From assembly GCA_964016885.1 (NCBI GenBank), contig OZ024755.1, positions 20,398,001-20,462,000 on the forward strand: a DNA stretch of 64,000 nucleotides. Reading direction: 5' to 3'. The translations under genes and the position numbers were made by a program. This document shows, in pieces, positions 39,021 to 53,128 of the stretch. Origin of the DNA: Eledone cirrhosa. Lineage: Eukaryota. Under the pieces are notes generated by a model that did no database searches, was not told where the DNA came from, and saw only the letters and a list, made by a program, of their open reading frames with translations. Position 1 is the stretch's first letter, and every line of letters starts with the position of its first letter.

Positions 39021-39780
39021 AACAGCTCAATAGTGACCTAGTCCTACTAACACCAAATAATTTCAAAGATAAAAAAGACAACAACCAACAATAACAACAT
39101 ACTGATGTGATATGTGTAATTGCTGAGTAGAGATTCATGACTAATAATGGTTTCTTCTATAGGCACAAGCAAGAAATGTTTGGGGGAGGGAAAAGCCGAT
39201 GAAATTGACCCCAGTGCGTGACTGGTACTTTATTTTATCGGCCCCGTAAGGATGAAAGGCAAAGTCAACCTCGGCGGTATTTGAACTCAGATCATAAAGG
39301 GCCGTAACTCTATGCAGCAAAGCATGGCGTCCGACCCTCCACCGATACTGCCAATCTACCGCCCTAGATTAATGAAAAATAATAAAAGATTTGACAACAG
39401 CCATTTTTTATTTTATTATAAACAGCTCAAGAGTGACCTAATTCTACTAACTTGAGTTAATTTCAAATAAATTAATCTAATTTCAAAGATAAAACAACAA
39501 CTAACATCAACAACCAGCAACAACAACATACTGATGTGATATCTATAATTGTTGAGTGTAGATTAATGAAAAAGAATAAAAGATTTGACAACACCCATTT
39601 TTTTTTTAAATATAAACAGCTCAACGGTGACCTAATTCTACTAACTTGAGTTAATTTCAAATAAATTAACAATCTAATTTTAAAGATAAAAATACAACAA
39701 CCAACAATAATAACATACTGATGTGATATCTGTAATTGCTGAGTGTAGTAGATTCATGAAAAAAAAATGAAAGATTTAAA
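39021..39780. repeat. Local triplication of about 194 bp, interrupted by a SINE
   Basis: aacagctcaa..gtgaccta..ctactaac...catactgatgtgatat recurs at about 39022, 39421 and 39615. Confidence 0.85.
39143..39364 (-). mobile_element. Full-length SINE family A
   Basis: Complete reverse-complement copy from head to tail. Confidence 0.92.
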
Positions 39781-41204
39781 AGATAAAGTTATCAAAAGAG
39801 ACCAAATAATCAAGAGCAGCACAGTCGAGTGACGTTAGAAGTATCTACGTTGAAGCAATTATTCTCTTATTTTTTTCAAATATTTCATTGATGTTCAGAG
39901 CCTGTTGGTATCAAAACTAGGGAAAGAAATTTTCTGGTATAGAAAGTAATATATTAAAAATTATAAGAAATAATTACTTTCACTGTAATCTATCTCCATA
40001 GCAACCGACATAATGTTTACAAAGTGTTTCGTTAGTTTTTGTGTTGTCTTTTTTTTTTGGGGGGGGGGGGGGGTCTAAGCTTTTGTTTTTGCTTTTTTTT
40101 GTTTTTTGAGAGTTTTTTTTTGTTTCTTTGTTTGTTGTTGCTTTTTTTTTTAACTTTACACATTCCATTAATTTCTGTCGAACACCTCAAACACACACAC
40201 ACACATATGCACACACACACATACACTCACTCACACGTACACACACATGCACCCATACATACACACACGTACACACACATGCACCCATACATACACACAC
40301 GTTTATAACAATACTGGTCCAACAATGCTAGATATCTTTAACAGACGATCACACTATAAAAATTAATACTTGTAAATGAAAATATTTGCATGTATGTAGA
40401 TTGTGGTGTATATTGTGTACACTTACACACACTTACACCTACACACACTTACATACACTTACACACATACATACACTTACACATACACTTACACACACTT
40501 ACACACACACTTACACACACATAAACTTACATACACTTACACACACTTACACACACATACATATCCTGTTATTCATATATATATATGTTTACATGTGTGC
40601 TTGAGACGGGATATACAAATGTTCAGAAAGATCTTTTAACTCTGCGTGAGCGTATGTGTCTGTCTGTATGTGTTTGTGTGTGTACGTATGTGTGTGTGTA
40701 CGTATGTGTGCGTGTACGTATGTGTGTGTACGCCTGTGTGTGAGTGGATAGAGACATGTATTTTATGGTAGGCATGTGTATAAAATTGCAATTAGCAATA
40801 TATATCTATGTATGTATGTATGTATGTATGTTCTTCTGGTTTTATAATTTCACAAAGTTTTACCAATAGAGAGAGAGTCGGTTTCTAACAAAGACACAAG
40901 TCTCTCTCATTGGAATTTACACAACATCAACTAGGTAGATATGTATGTATGCATGCGTGTGTAGATATGGATGTTATTGTATGTGTGGATGTGGATGTTT
41001 TGAGTTGTATGTGTGCATGTGTATATGCTTTGCATCTGTACATGTGTATAAGCAGTTATTAGATGCAAATTTTTTGGAATGTTTTACATATTTTTACTGT
41101 TCCATTAATGGATTGTACTTTTAATTTCCTAACTAGTTGTGTTCTTTCTGTTCCTGTGAAGCCTAGCTTCGTATGTATGTATGTATGTATGCATGCATGC
41201 ATGA

Positions 41205-41235
<31 letters not shown>

Positions 41236-41369
41236 TGTATGTATGTATGTATGCATGTGTGTGTATGTATATATGTGTGCATGTATGTATGTGTGTGTAT
41301 GTATATATGTATGCATGTATGTATGTGTGTGTGTATATATATATATATATGTTTTATATATATATATAA

Positions 41370-41413
<44 letters not shown>

Positions 41414-41833
41414 ATATATATATATGTTTTATATAAATATATATATACATGTTTTATATATATATATATGTTTTATATATATATATATATATATGTGTTA
41501 TATATATATATACACATATATATACACATATGTATATATATATATATAATCAAGGTTTAGCAAATAAGAAAAAGTTTCAAAATAATTTTTTTCAAATTCA
41601 CTGTACTCACTATGGTTACCTTTACCGAATCGGTTTCGAGTCTCAAAAATAAATGGACAGTCCTTGCGGCCTTCCATTGCAAAGATAAACTCTTGTCAGA
41701 AGGATCTTTTCACTCGTAGAATATAAAATTCCCGAGTTCAAATTACGAACTGGCGCTATTCAAAATTGTTCCCGGGATGAGAATGAATGATGTGGAAGCA
41801 ATTCTGTCCAGTGCCGTTATATATATATATATA

Positions 41834-42098
<265 letters not shown>

Positions 42099-42461
42099 AA
42101 ATATATATATATATACATACGTATATCTGTGTGTATTTATACATACATCTACATATATATATATATACATACATGTACATGTATGTCAGAATATACATTA
42201 TAAATAACAGTAAAAAGCACGTCCTCTTTGTTTTTAATGATTGTCTTCCTATTTTTTATCTTACATTCTTAGTTATATATATTGCGTTTCTATTGACAGT
42301 TTGTATGTTACTGTTCTTAAGTCTATAATATCGACTAACAAAAACTAGATTAAAATTATTTTCAATATATCCAATCACTAACAATATGATTTGATAGCTA
42401 CGTATATATATTTTATTTGAATTGCTTATGTGTGTACATATATATGTCTATGTGTATTAAT

Positions 42462-42506
<45 letters not shown>

Positions 42507-42622
42507 AACATATATATATACACAAACATATATTTATGTATATGCGTCTCTGTGTCTGTGTGTGTGTGTGTGTATTAATATGTATACATATTTAAAATAT
42601 ATATATATATATACACAAACGT

Positions 42623-42666
<44 letters not shown>

Positions 42667-42765
42667 ATATATATATACATATATATAAATATATATGTAC
42701 GTATATGTGTGCATGTGTATATATATGTATGTATATATATATACACACACACACACACACATACA

Positions 42766-42805
<40 letters not shown>

Positions 42806-42872
42806 TATGTATATGTATATATATGTATGCACATGTGTATATGTATATTTATATATATATATGTATGCACAC

Positions 42873-42907
<35 letters not shown>

Positions 42908-43114
42908 TGTGTGTGTAAAAGTATTGTTAGTACGAGGAGTCCTGTGATTGGCAGAATGTCATTAATAGAGACATTTTAATGTATATAGTGTGTCAGGTCT
43001 GTGTGTTGATGTTTGAGGTGTGTATAATAGATATTAGCTATTGATTTTCGTTTTTTGCGTAGGCGTCGTTGCTTCTGTATTTTGTTAGGGGTTTTATGTA
43101 GAATAATCGTTCAA

Positions 43115-43287
43115 TAATTGTTGATAATTCAGGCACAAGGCCAGCAATTTGTATGGAAGGAGAAAGTTAATTAAATCGAACCCCCAACCTCACCCCAACC
43201 CCTAGTGCATTACTGGTACTTTATTTTATCGACCCCCGTAAGGATGAAAGGCAAAGTTAACCTCGGCGGGATTTGAACTCAGAACGT
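43115..43287 (-). mobile_element. SINE family A, head lost at a microsatellite
   Basis: Tail, core and B-box are present. Confidence 0.85.
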
Positions 43288-43292
43288 AATAT

Positions 43293-43334
<42 letters not shown>

Positions 43335-43409
43335 CATATATTTATATATATACATATATACATATATATATATATGTATATATATACATATATATATATA
43401 CATATAAAC

Positions 43410-43450
<41 letters not shown>

Positions 43451-43495
43451 CATATATACATATATATATATACATATATATATATACATATAAAC

Positions 43496-43536
<41 letters not shown>

Positions 43537-43615
43537 CATATATACATATATATATATACATATAAACATATATATATATATACATATAAACATATATATA
43601 TATATACATATAAAC

Positions 43616-43718
<103 letters not shown>

Positions 43719-44198
43719 TATACATACACACACTTTATGTTGGGTGGTTTATCTAATGAATAGATCTCGTCATTCCGATTAGCAAACTGTGATGCAATAA
43801 GCAAAAGAACTCAACAATATACGTATCATCCATCTTAGATTTGGTATCTCGTGGTTGGTGCAAGAACGGGGATAACTACCTCAATGAAAATAGAAAACCA
43901 TATTCCAATACATTCCTTTAACATACGTATTATGTAATCGTGCAACGTTAAAGGAATATATTGGAATCCGACCTTCTATCTATATATTACTTGCTTGTTT
44001 GTCTGTAATGTAATACAGCCGAAAGGGTGCATAATGGGAAAATACTTTGAAAGGAAGTTGCCCCTGAAATGCGAATACAAATGGAATAAAACAAGTTTCG
44101 CGTAAATCGAGGAACGGGTTCCCGGGATATGGGGTTTTTCCGGGCACCTTCATAAACAGGGAGAGAAGGATAGAGAGAAAAAGAGCTGGTGGTGGTGT

Positions 44199-44235
<37 letters not shown>

Positions 44236-44239
<4 letters not shown>

Positions 44240-44307
44240 TGTTGGTGTAAATGGTAGGACAGTGGTCCGGATAATCAGAGATGTGGGTTCGACTCCCATG
44301 TACGTCA
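44236..44307 (+). pseudogene. tRNA-like cloverleaf (pseudo-tRNA or SINE head)
   Basis: 72 nt; acceptor stem GATGTGT/GTACGTC+A (several GU pairs), A-box tggtgtaaatgg, T-arm GTGGG-TTCGACT-CCCAT. The D and anticodon arms are imperfect and the loop CCGGATA lacks U33. Confidence 0.6.
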
Positions 44308-44480
44308 ATACTCATCTTTTTCCATTTCTCCGAGGGTTCTTAACCCCACTATCAGGCTAAATAATTTCTTTAATTTCTTTAGTCAAAATACGGCGATAGC
44401 TTACATTTATAATAATTTCAAACCCACCCGCTGTTCCGAAAATATTCTTACATATATATATATATATGAGTGTCTGTGTA

Positions 44481-44512
44481 TCTATGACCAGTGTATATAG
44501 ATCATAGACACC

Positions 44513-44544
<32 letters not shown>

Positions 44545-44775
44545 CACACGCACACACATATATATATGTATACACACACACACATTTATATGTATACACA
44601 CACACACACATTTATATATATACATACACACACGTATATATGTGGCCTTCCAGTTTCATTTCACATTATATACATGTCTGAACATTTTAATTATTTAAAA
44701 TTTATTTTTAAGTGAACATGAGATTTTTAAAATATTTTGAAGTGAACGTGACCCAACGGGTCACGAGTGGTCTAG
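44481..44775 (+). mobile_element. Putative non-autonomous Helitron (3' end supported, 5' end tentative)
   Basis: Hairpin cgtgaccc-aac-gggtcacg (44747-44765), then 6 nt, then CTAG|T. Candidate start A|TCTAT at 44481. Confidence 0.5.
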
Positions 44776-44955
44776 TACTAATTAAATGCATGCCAAGTGT
44801 CAAGATTAAAAACATTCGATGTAAATATCATTATATGCAATGGAATAAGTGCTCAATATTTGAGAAATTATAGCACAGCCATCATGTGTGCGGCCAAAAT
44901 ATATATAAACATGGAAGTATATCTTCAGGGAAATAGGATTCTTGGAAAGTGAACA

Positions 44956-45131
44956 ATAATTGTTTCTACTTTTGGCACAAGGCCAGTACATTACTGGTAC
45001 TTTATTTTATCGACCCCGTAAGGATGAAAGGCAAAGTTGACCTCGGCGGGATTTGAACTCAGAATGGAAAGGGCCGTAACTATATGCGTCAAAGCATGAC
45101 GCCCGACTCGCTACCGATACTGCCAATCCAC
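44956..45131 (-). mobile_element. SINE family A, near full length
   Basis: Reverse-complement copy with a small internal deletion near the tail. Confidence 0.92.
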
Positions 45132-45250
45132 ATAATATATACATAATAGAAGGTAAGAGATTATCACCAATGGAACTTCATCACATGTAAATGATGGGTT
45201 TTCTTGTAGTAGCCATCTACCAAATACAACAGACATCGTATCGATTAACC

Positions 45251-45536
45251 CAGAGGTTCTCAAACTTTTTGGGTCACCACTCCCCTCCTCACGGCCACGT
45301 AGTATCCTCAGCGCCCGGCAACTCTATTTACAGATTGTAAATAATATATAATAAATAATATACTATGTATAAATAAATATTATATATTTTTTTTATTTTA
45401 CAAAATTTATATATAATATGTATCATTTGATATTTGATATACTATTATATCATCTCTACCGCCACCGCCACCAGGCCTCAGCACCCCTCTGGACCTTCTC
45501 AACGCCCCCTGGTAGCGCTCACTTTCAGAACCTCTG
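45251..45536. mobile_element. hAT-type MITE with perfect 8-bp TSD
   Basis: TIR cagaggttct / agaacctctg; TSD gattaacc at 45243-45250 and 45537-45544. Confidence 0.92.
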
Positions 45537-46468
45537 GATTAACCGAAAGTTTTGGTAAAAAGTTACGTTCCTAAACTGCTACACAGTCGGATCGAACCAT
45601 GAAACAGGAGATTGTGAAGTGAATTTCTATACAGCTATGCACCATCCACCGCGAATGTATTTATAATTTTTCTTACAGACCATTCGGCTACATTACCTCT
45701 TAGTATCAGTAAACCAAAGTAACGCGAATATTTTGATAATAGTATACCTATATGTATTTATGCATTAACCGTATTTTTTCATAGCAAACATATATTGAAT
45801 TCTGATAGCCAAGTATTGCATATATCAACGTGAGGAGTAAATAAGGACTTATGTTATGTTAATACTTTTTTTGTTTTTCCGAGAATTGCGACCTTCAGAT
45901 AGTATCAGCAATAGAAAGACCAATGGAGACATCGTTTCCATCGCCCGAGCTGACGTTCGACTAGTTTACGTTACTTTCTTCTACTTCGTTAGTTAAATCG
46001 ATATCCTGCAACTGGAAAGTAAGTCGGTGAATAAACAACTCTTGTCGGTGAATAAACAACTCTTGTCGAGTATATAACCTCTCTCGCCCTTGTTTAAGTG
46101 TCGCAACATGTCTTTCGCAGGAGGAGGCGGAGGAGGAGGAGAAACTATATACGAGTAAATCAACTCGGAAAATAGCGTTGCTAATAACTCGAATTTTGTT
46201 GTTTTGAATTTTGCAACAAACATTAATATCCTTTCATTTAGTATTACATTGTATGTCTTTATATCTGTCAAGAAAAATTATAATCAAAATTTAAACTATA
46301 ACCTAAAACGAACGTCTGTTATATTGAATATGTGTTATATTTAAATATTCCTGAAAATTAAGTTTGCAGCCATTGAAGGGAAACAACTTCAAATTTCTAA
46401 TGCTTATGCAACGGTAACATCCCTTGTATTTATAACTTACCAATCACTGTTATGCAAAAGTAACGTGG

Positions 46469-46653
46469 AATAATTATTTCTACTTTAGGCACAAGGCCAG
46501 CAAATCCCCCAGTACATTACTGGTACTTTATTTTATCGACCCCGTAAGGATGAAAGGCAAAGTTAATCTCGGCGGGATTTGAACTCAGACTGTAAAGGGA
46601 CGTAAGTATGCTAGAAAGCATGGCGTCCAACCTTCTACCGATACTGCCAATTC
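46469..46653 (-). mobile_element. SINE family A, near full length
   Basis: Reverse-complement copy. Confidence 0.92.
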
Positions 46654-46796
46654 ATGGTTGAGATTAATGCATAGAGATTAGATTTAATACATAATGCATG
46701 AAAAAGTTATTTATCGAGTTAGTGTCCACTTTATGATTAAATTATAAAGACGTGCGGAAAGAACGGTAATATTTTCCCTTGAATAATGTATATATA

Positions 46797-46992
46797 GCCA
46801 ACAGTGGCAAGATACCAGGTGGACCATAACGCACCAGAGTACTCAATACTTAGGAGAGTAGAGTGGGTAATATGAAAAAGAGTCAGGACCCCCGACGGCT
46901 GAGCTCCGGCCGTTTCGACAGCTAGATCCGCGTTCGGATCGAGCTGTCGAAACGGCCGGAGTTCAGCTGTCGGGGTCCTGACTCTTTTCATA
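46797..46992 (-). mobile_element. Fold-back element family C
   Basis: Reverse-complement tail, then arms tatgaaaaagagtcaggacccc...gatccg-cgtt-cggatc...ggggtcctgactcttttcata. Confidence 0.88.
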
Positions 46993-47164
46993 TCGTCAAC
47001 AGTAATGTCTAGTTATTTGCTAATGAAATAACTTCATATACTTCTATACTTCGGTAGCTCTTAATGTGAGGAAGGGAGTTAGGGCTAACTGTTGTTTTGC
47101 TGACGACGTGAGAGTGCCCTCTAGAGTCGACAAAAATAACTAATAGATTCTAATTGAGACAAAA

Positions 47165-47335
47165 AGGAAAGTCGATTATATCTACCCTTGTATGTGACTG
47201 GTACTTGATTTTATCGACCTTGTGAGGATGGAAGGCAAAGCTGACTACAGCGAAATTTGAACTCAGAAACTGAGTTGAAACAGTTGCTATTAAGCAATTT
47301 CCGACGCTCTAAAAATTCAGTCAACCCATTGCCCT
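47165..47335 (-). mobile_element. Diverged SINE family A copy
   Basis: Core remnants actggtacttgattttatcgacc and atttgaactcag. Confidence 0.7.
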
Positions 47336-47518
47336 TGACATCGATAAATAATTAATAACTTTCGATATTGTTGACTATATTCGTTTCATAAAATTTACAG
47401 CTTTTTGAAAATTCCGATTAAAGTTTTTCATTATTGTTGGGCCACGTTTTAGGGTGTTGCTTCGTGGTCGACACTTATCCGGGTATAAAACAAACTATAT
47501 TATTGAAATTGAGGACGT

Positions 47519-47706
47519 TGGATTGGCAGTATCGGTAGAGGGTCGGACACCATGCTTTGCAGCATGGAGTTACGGCCCTTTACGGTATGAGTGCAAATTC
47601 CGCCGGGGCGAATTTTGCCTTTCACCCTTACGAGGTCGATAAAATAAATTACCAGTAATGCACTGGGATAATTACTGGCCTTGTGCCAAAAGTAGAAACA
47701 ATTATT
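47519..47706 (+). mobile_element. SINE family A, near full length
   Basis: Head through tail. Confidence 0.9.
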
Positions 47707-48016
47707 GAAAGAAAATTACTGCAAACTAAGTGGGAAATATATGGTAAATTCGGGGCTAGCGCTACCCTTAAGGCTAAATTAGTGGCTACCGCTGGCCCCG
47801 ATATCAGAAAAGCGTATTACCGAACTTTCAAACTTTAAGTAGAATTGTATAATTAAATTAAATATGTAATAAATCGTTAAAATATCTTCGTCGTGTAGCA
47901 GCGCTGTGGACATACGGTGTTATGGCTTGTTATATTATTGGTATGGGTGGGCGTAAGATGTATAGGCTACTGTAAGGGCTATGGGATGGGCTACTGTATA
48001 GGCTACTGTGAGGGTT

Positions 48017-48304
48017 GTGGAGGCACATAGCCTCGTGGTTAGAGTGTTGGACTTACGATCATAATGTTGTAGGTTCGATTCCTGGGTTCCGTGTTGTGTT
48101 CTTGAGCAAAACACTTCATTTCACGTTGCTCCAGTATACTCAGCTGAAAATGAGTACCAGCAATAGCTGGAGGTTTAACCCTGCGTTGGACTGGCGTCCT
48201 GTCCAGGGGAAGTATTGTACTCTCAGTCGCTTCACGCCATGAAACTGGGATAACCACCGGCCAAATGAGCCTTCTGGCTTAAGACAGACTTTAGACTTTA
48301 GACT
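48017..48304 (+). mobile_element. Full-length SINE family B (tRNA-derived)
   Basis: A-box tagcctcgtgg, B-box ggttcgattcc, body tgtgttcttgagcaaaacactt...aaccctgcgttggactggcgtcctgtccagggg, and (agacttt)n tail. Confidence 0.85.
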
Positions 48305-51300
48305 GTGTGAGCTATAGTATAGACTACTCTATGTGTTGTAGTATAGTCTGTGTGGGCTATAGTATAGGCTACTCTACGGAATATAGTATAAGTTACTGTG
48401 TGGTTTATAGTATAGGCTGCTACTGTGTGGCTATAGTATAGGCTGCTACTGTGTGGTTTATAGTATAGGCTGCTACTGTGTGGTTTATAGTATAGGCTGC
48501 TACCGTGTAGTTTATAGTATCAGCTGCTACTGTGAGGTTTATAGTATAGGCTGCTAGTGTGTGTTTTATAGTATAGGCTGCAAGTGTGAGGTTTATAGTA
48601 TAGGCTGCTACTGTGTGGTTTATAGTATAAGCTGCTACTGTGAGGTTTATAGTATAGGCTGCTACTGTGAGGTTTATAGTATAGGCTGCTACTGTGTGGC
48701 TATAGTATAGGCTGCTACTCTGTCTTTTATAGTATAGGCTGCTACTGTGTGGCTATAGTATAGGCTGCTACTGTGTGGCTATAGTATAAGCTGCTACTGT
48801 GTGGTTTATAGTATAGGCTGCTATTGTGTGGTTTATAGTATAGGCTGCTATTGTGAGGTTTATAGTATATGCTGCTATTGTGTGGTTTATAGTATAGGCT
48901 ACTACTGTGTGGTTTATAGTATAGGCTGCTACTGTGAGGTTTATAGTATAGGCTGCTACTGTGAGGTTTATAGTATAGGCTGCTACTGTGTGGTTTATAG
49001 TATAAGCTGCTACTGTGAGGTTTATAGTATAGGCTGCTACTGTGAGGTTTATAGTATAGGCTGCTACTGTGTGGCTATAGTATAGGCACACAGTGTATTT
49101 TATAGTATAGGCTGCTACTGTGAGGTTTATAGTATAGGCTGCTACTGTGTGGCTATAGTATAGGCTGCTACTGTGTGGCTATAGTATAAGCTGCTACTGT
49201 GTGGTTTATAGTATAGGCTGCTATTGTGTGGTTTATAGTATAGGCTGCTATTGTGAGGTTTATAGTATAGGCTGCTATTGTGTGGTTTATAGTAAAAGCT
49301 GCTACTGTGAGCTTTATAGTATAGGCTGCAGCTATTGTGTGGTTTATAGTATAAGCTGCTACTGTGAGGTTTATAGTATAGGCTGCTATTGTGTGGTTTA
49401 TAGTATAGGCTACTATAGTGTGGTTTATAGTATAGGCTATATTGTGAGGTTTATAGTATAGGTTGCTACTGTGTGGTTTATAGTATAAGCTGCTACTGTG
49501 AGGTTTATAGTATAGGCTGCTATTGTGTGGTTTATAGTATAGGCTGCTACTGTGTGGTTTATAGTATAGGCTGCTACCGTGTAGTTTATAGTATAAGCTA
49601 CTACCGTGAGATTTATAGTATATGCTGCTATTGTGTGGTTTATAGTATAGGCTGCTATTGTGAGGTTTATAGTATAGGTTGCTACTGTGTGGTTTATAGT
49701 ATAAACTGCTACTGTGAGGTTTATAGTATAGGCTGCTGCTGTGTGGTTTATAGTATAGGCTGCTACTGTGTGGCTATAGTATAAGCTGCTACTGTGAGGT
49801 TTATAGTATAGGCTGCTACTGTGAGGTTTATAGTATAGGCTGCTACTGTGTGGTTTATAGTATAGGCTGCTACTGTGAGGTTTATAGTATAGGCTGCTAT
49901 TGTGTGGTTTATAGTATAGGCTGCTACTGTGAGGTTTATAGTATAGGCTTCTACAGTGTGGTTTATAGTATAGGCTGCTACTGTGAGGTTTATAGTATAG
50001 GCTGCTACTGTGTGGTTTATAGTATAAGCTGCTACTGTGAGGTTTATAGTATAGGTTGCTACTGTGAGGTTTATAGTATAGGCTGCTACTGTGAGGTTTA
50101 TAGTATAGGCTGCTATTGTGAAGTTTATAGTATAGGCTGCTACTGTGTGGTTTATAGTATAAGATGCTACTGTGAAGTTTATAGTATAGGCTGCTACTGT
50201 GAAGTTTATAGTATAGGCTGCTACTGTGAAGTTTATAGTATAGGCTGCTACTGTGTGGTTTATAGTATAGGCTGCTACTGTGTGGTTTATAGTATAGGCT
50301 GCTACCGTGTAGTTTATAGTATAAGCTGCTACTGTGAGGTTTATAGTATAGGCTGCTAGTGTGTATTTTATAGTATAGGCTGCTAGTGTGAGGTTTATAG
50401 TATAGGCTGCTACTTTGAGGTTTATAGTATAGGCTGCTACTGTGAGGTTTATAGTATAGGCTGCTACTGTGTGGCTATAGTATAGGCTGCTACTGTGTGG
50501 CTATAGTATAAGCTGCTACTGTGTGGTTTATAGTATAGGCTGCTATTGTGTGGTTTATAGTATAGGCTGCTATTGTGTGGTTTATAGTAAAAGCTGCTAC
50601 TGTGAGGTTTATAGTATAGGCTGCTGCTGTGTGGTTTATAGTATAAGCTGCTACTGTGAGGTTTATAGTATAGGCTGCTATTGTGTGGTTTATAGTATAG
50701 GCTGCTATTGTGAGGTTTATAGTATAGGCTGCTACTGTGTGGTTTATAGTATAGGCTGCTATTGTGAGGTTAATAGTATAGGCTGCTATTGTGTGGTTTA
50801 TAGTAAAAGCTGCTACTGTGAGGTTTATAGTATAGGCTGCTATTGTGTGGTTTATAGTATAGGCTGCTGCTGTGTGGTTTATAGTATAAGCTGCTACTGT
50901 GAGGTTTGTAGTATAGGCTGCTATTGTGTGGTTTATAGTATAGGCTACTATAGTGTGGTTTATAGTATAGGCTATATTGTGAGGTTTATAGTATAGGTTG
51001 CTACTGTGTGGTTTATAGTATAAGCTGCTACTGTGAGGTTTATAGTATAGGCTGCTACTGTGAGGTTTATAGTATAGGCTGCTATTGTGTGGTTTATAGT
51101 ATAGGCTGCTACTGTGTGGTTTATAGTATAGGCTGCTACCGTGTAGTTTATAGTATAAGCTACTACCGTGAGATTTATAGTATATGCTGCTATTGTGTGG
51201 TTTATAGTATAGGCTGCTATTGTGAGGTTTATAGTATAGGTTGCTACTGTGTGGTTTATAGTATAAGCTGCTACTGTGAGGTTTATAGTATAGGCTGCTG

Positions 51301-52732
51301 CTTTGTGGTTTATAGTATAGGCTGCTACTGTGTGGCTATAGTATAAGCTGCTACTGTGAGGTTTATAGTATAGGCTGCTACTGTGAGGTTTATAGTATAG
51401 GCTGCTACTGTGTGGTTTATAGTATAGGCTGCTACTGTAAGGTTTATAGTATAAGCTGCTACTGTGAGGTTTATAGTATAGGCTGCTATTGTGTGGTTTA
51501 TAGTATAGGCTGCTACTGTGAGGTTTATAGTATAGGCTTCTACAGTGTGGTTTATAGTATAGGCTGCTACTGTGAGGTTTATAGTATAGGCTGCTACTGT
51601 GTGGTTTATAGTATAAGCTGCTACTGTGAGGTTTATAGTATAGGCTGCTACCGTGTGGTTTATAGTATAGGCTGCTACCGTGTAGTTTATAGTATAAGCT
51701 GCTACTGTGAGGTTTATAGTATAGGCTGCTATTGTGAGGTTTATAGTATAGGTTGCTACTGTGAGGTTTATAGTATAGGCTGCTACTGTGTGGTTTATAG
51801 TATAAGCTGCTACTGTGTGGTTTATAGTATAGGCTGCTACCGTGTGGTTTATAGTATAAGCTGCTACTGTGAGGTTTATAGTATAGGCTGCTAGTGTGAG
51901 GTTTATAGTATAGGCTGCTACTGTGTGGTTTATAGTATAAGCTGCTACTTTGAGGTTTATAGTATAGGCTGCTACTGTGAGGTTTATAGTATAGGCTGCT
52001 ACTGTGTGGCTATAGTATAGGCTGCTACTGTGTGGCTATAGTATAAGCTGCTACTGTGTGGTTTATAGTATAGGCTGCTATTGTGTGGTTTATAGTATAG
52101 GCTGCTATTGTGTGGTTTATAGTAAAAGCTGCTACTGTGTGGTTTATAGTATAAGCTGCTACTGTGAGGTTTATAGTATAGGCTGCTATTGTGTGGTTTA
52201 TAGTATAGGCTGCTACTGTGAGGTTTATAGTATAGGCTGCTACTGTGTGGTTTATAGTATAGGCTGCTACTGTGAAGTTTATAGTATAGGGTGCTACTGT
52301 GAGGTTTATAGTATAGGCTGCTACTGTGTGGTTTATAGTATAAGCTGCTACTGTGAAGTTTATAGTATAGGCTGCTACTGTGAAGTTTATAGTATAGGCT
52401 GCTACTGTGAGGTTTATAGTATAGGCTGCTACTGTGTGGTTTATAGTATAAGCTGCTATTGTGTGGTTTATAGTATAGGCTGCTATTGTGTGGTTTATAG
52501 TATAGGCTGCTACTGTGAGGTTTATAGTATAGGCTGCTACTGTGAGGTTTATAGTATAAGCTGCTACTGTGAGGTTTATAGTATAGGCTGCTACTGTGTG
52601 GTTTATAGTATAGGCTGCTATTGTGTGGTTTATAGTATAGGCTGCTACTGTGAGGTTTATAGTATAGGCTGCTACTGTGAGGTTTATAGTATAGGCTGCT
52701 ACTGTGTGGTTTATAGTATAGGCTGCTATTGT
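48305..52732. repeat. 27-bp minisatellite array, about 160 copies
   Basis: Unit gtgWggtttatagtataggctgctact. Confidence 0.98.
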
Positions 52733-52956
52733 CGTAATGAAAATACTGAGCTTTAGAAAATGCCAACTGCAACCATCTTTTGATTGTTGAAGATCATATA
52801 TCACTAATGTTCATTTTTGTATTTTCCTGCTCACACCCACTTTTAATCTGTTTAGGGTGTCGTCTCCCTTGATTCAAACACGAGTGTTTCTTCTCAGTTA
52901 TGTCCCTTACATCCAAAGTTTTAAATTTTATTTGGAAATGGAATATATGTCTTCAT

Positions 52957-53128
52957 ATAATTGTTTCTACTTTTGGCACAAGGCCAGCAATTACTCAGTA
53001 CATTACTGGTACTTTATTTTATCGACCCCGTAAGGATGAAAGGCAAAGTTAACCTCGGCGGGATTTGAACTCAGATCATAAAGGGCCGGAACTCTATGCT
53101 GCGAAGCATGCCGTTCGACCTTCTACCG
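52957..53128 (-). mobile_element. SINE family A, slightly 5'-truncated
   Basis: Reverse-complement copy. Confidence 0.92.

Noticed and set aside
48768-52804. Cys/Tyr-rich repetitive ORFs (VYSIGCYC) as a metallothionein-like or structural protein
   Set aside because: They are translations of a 27-bp minisatellite. Frames are open on both strands and are broken by stops and frameshifting variant units, and I saw no splice or start context.
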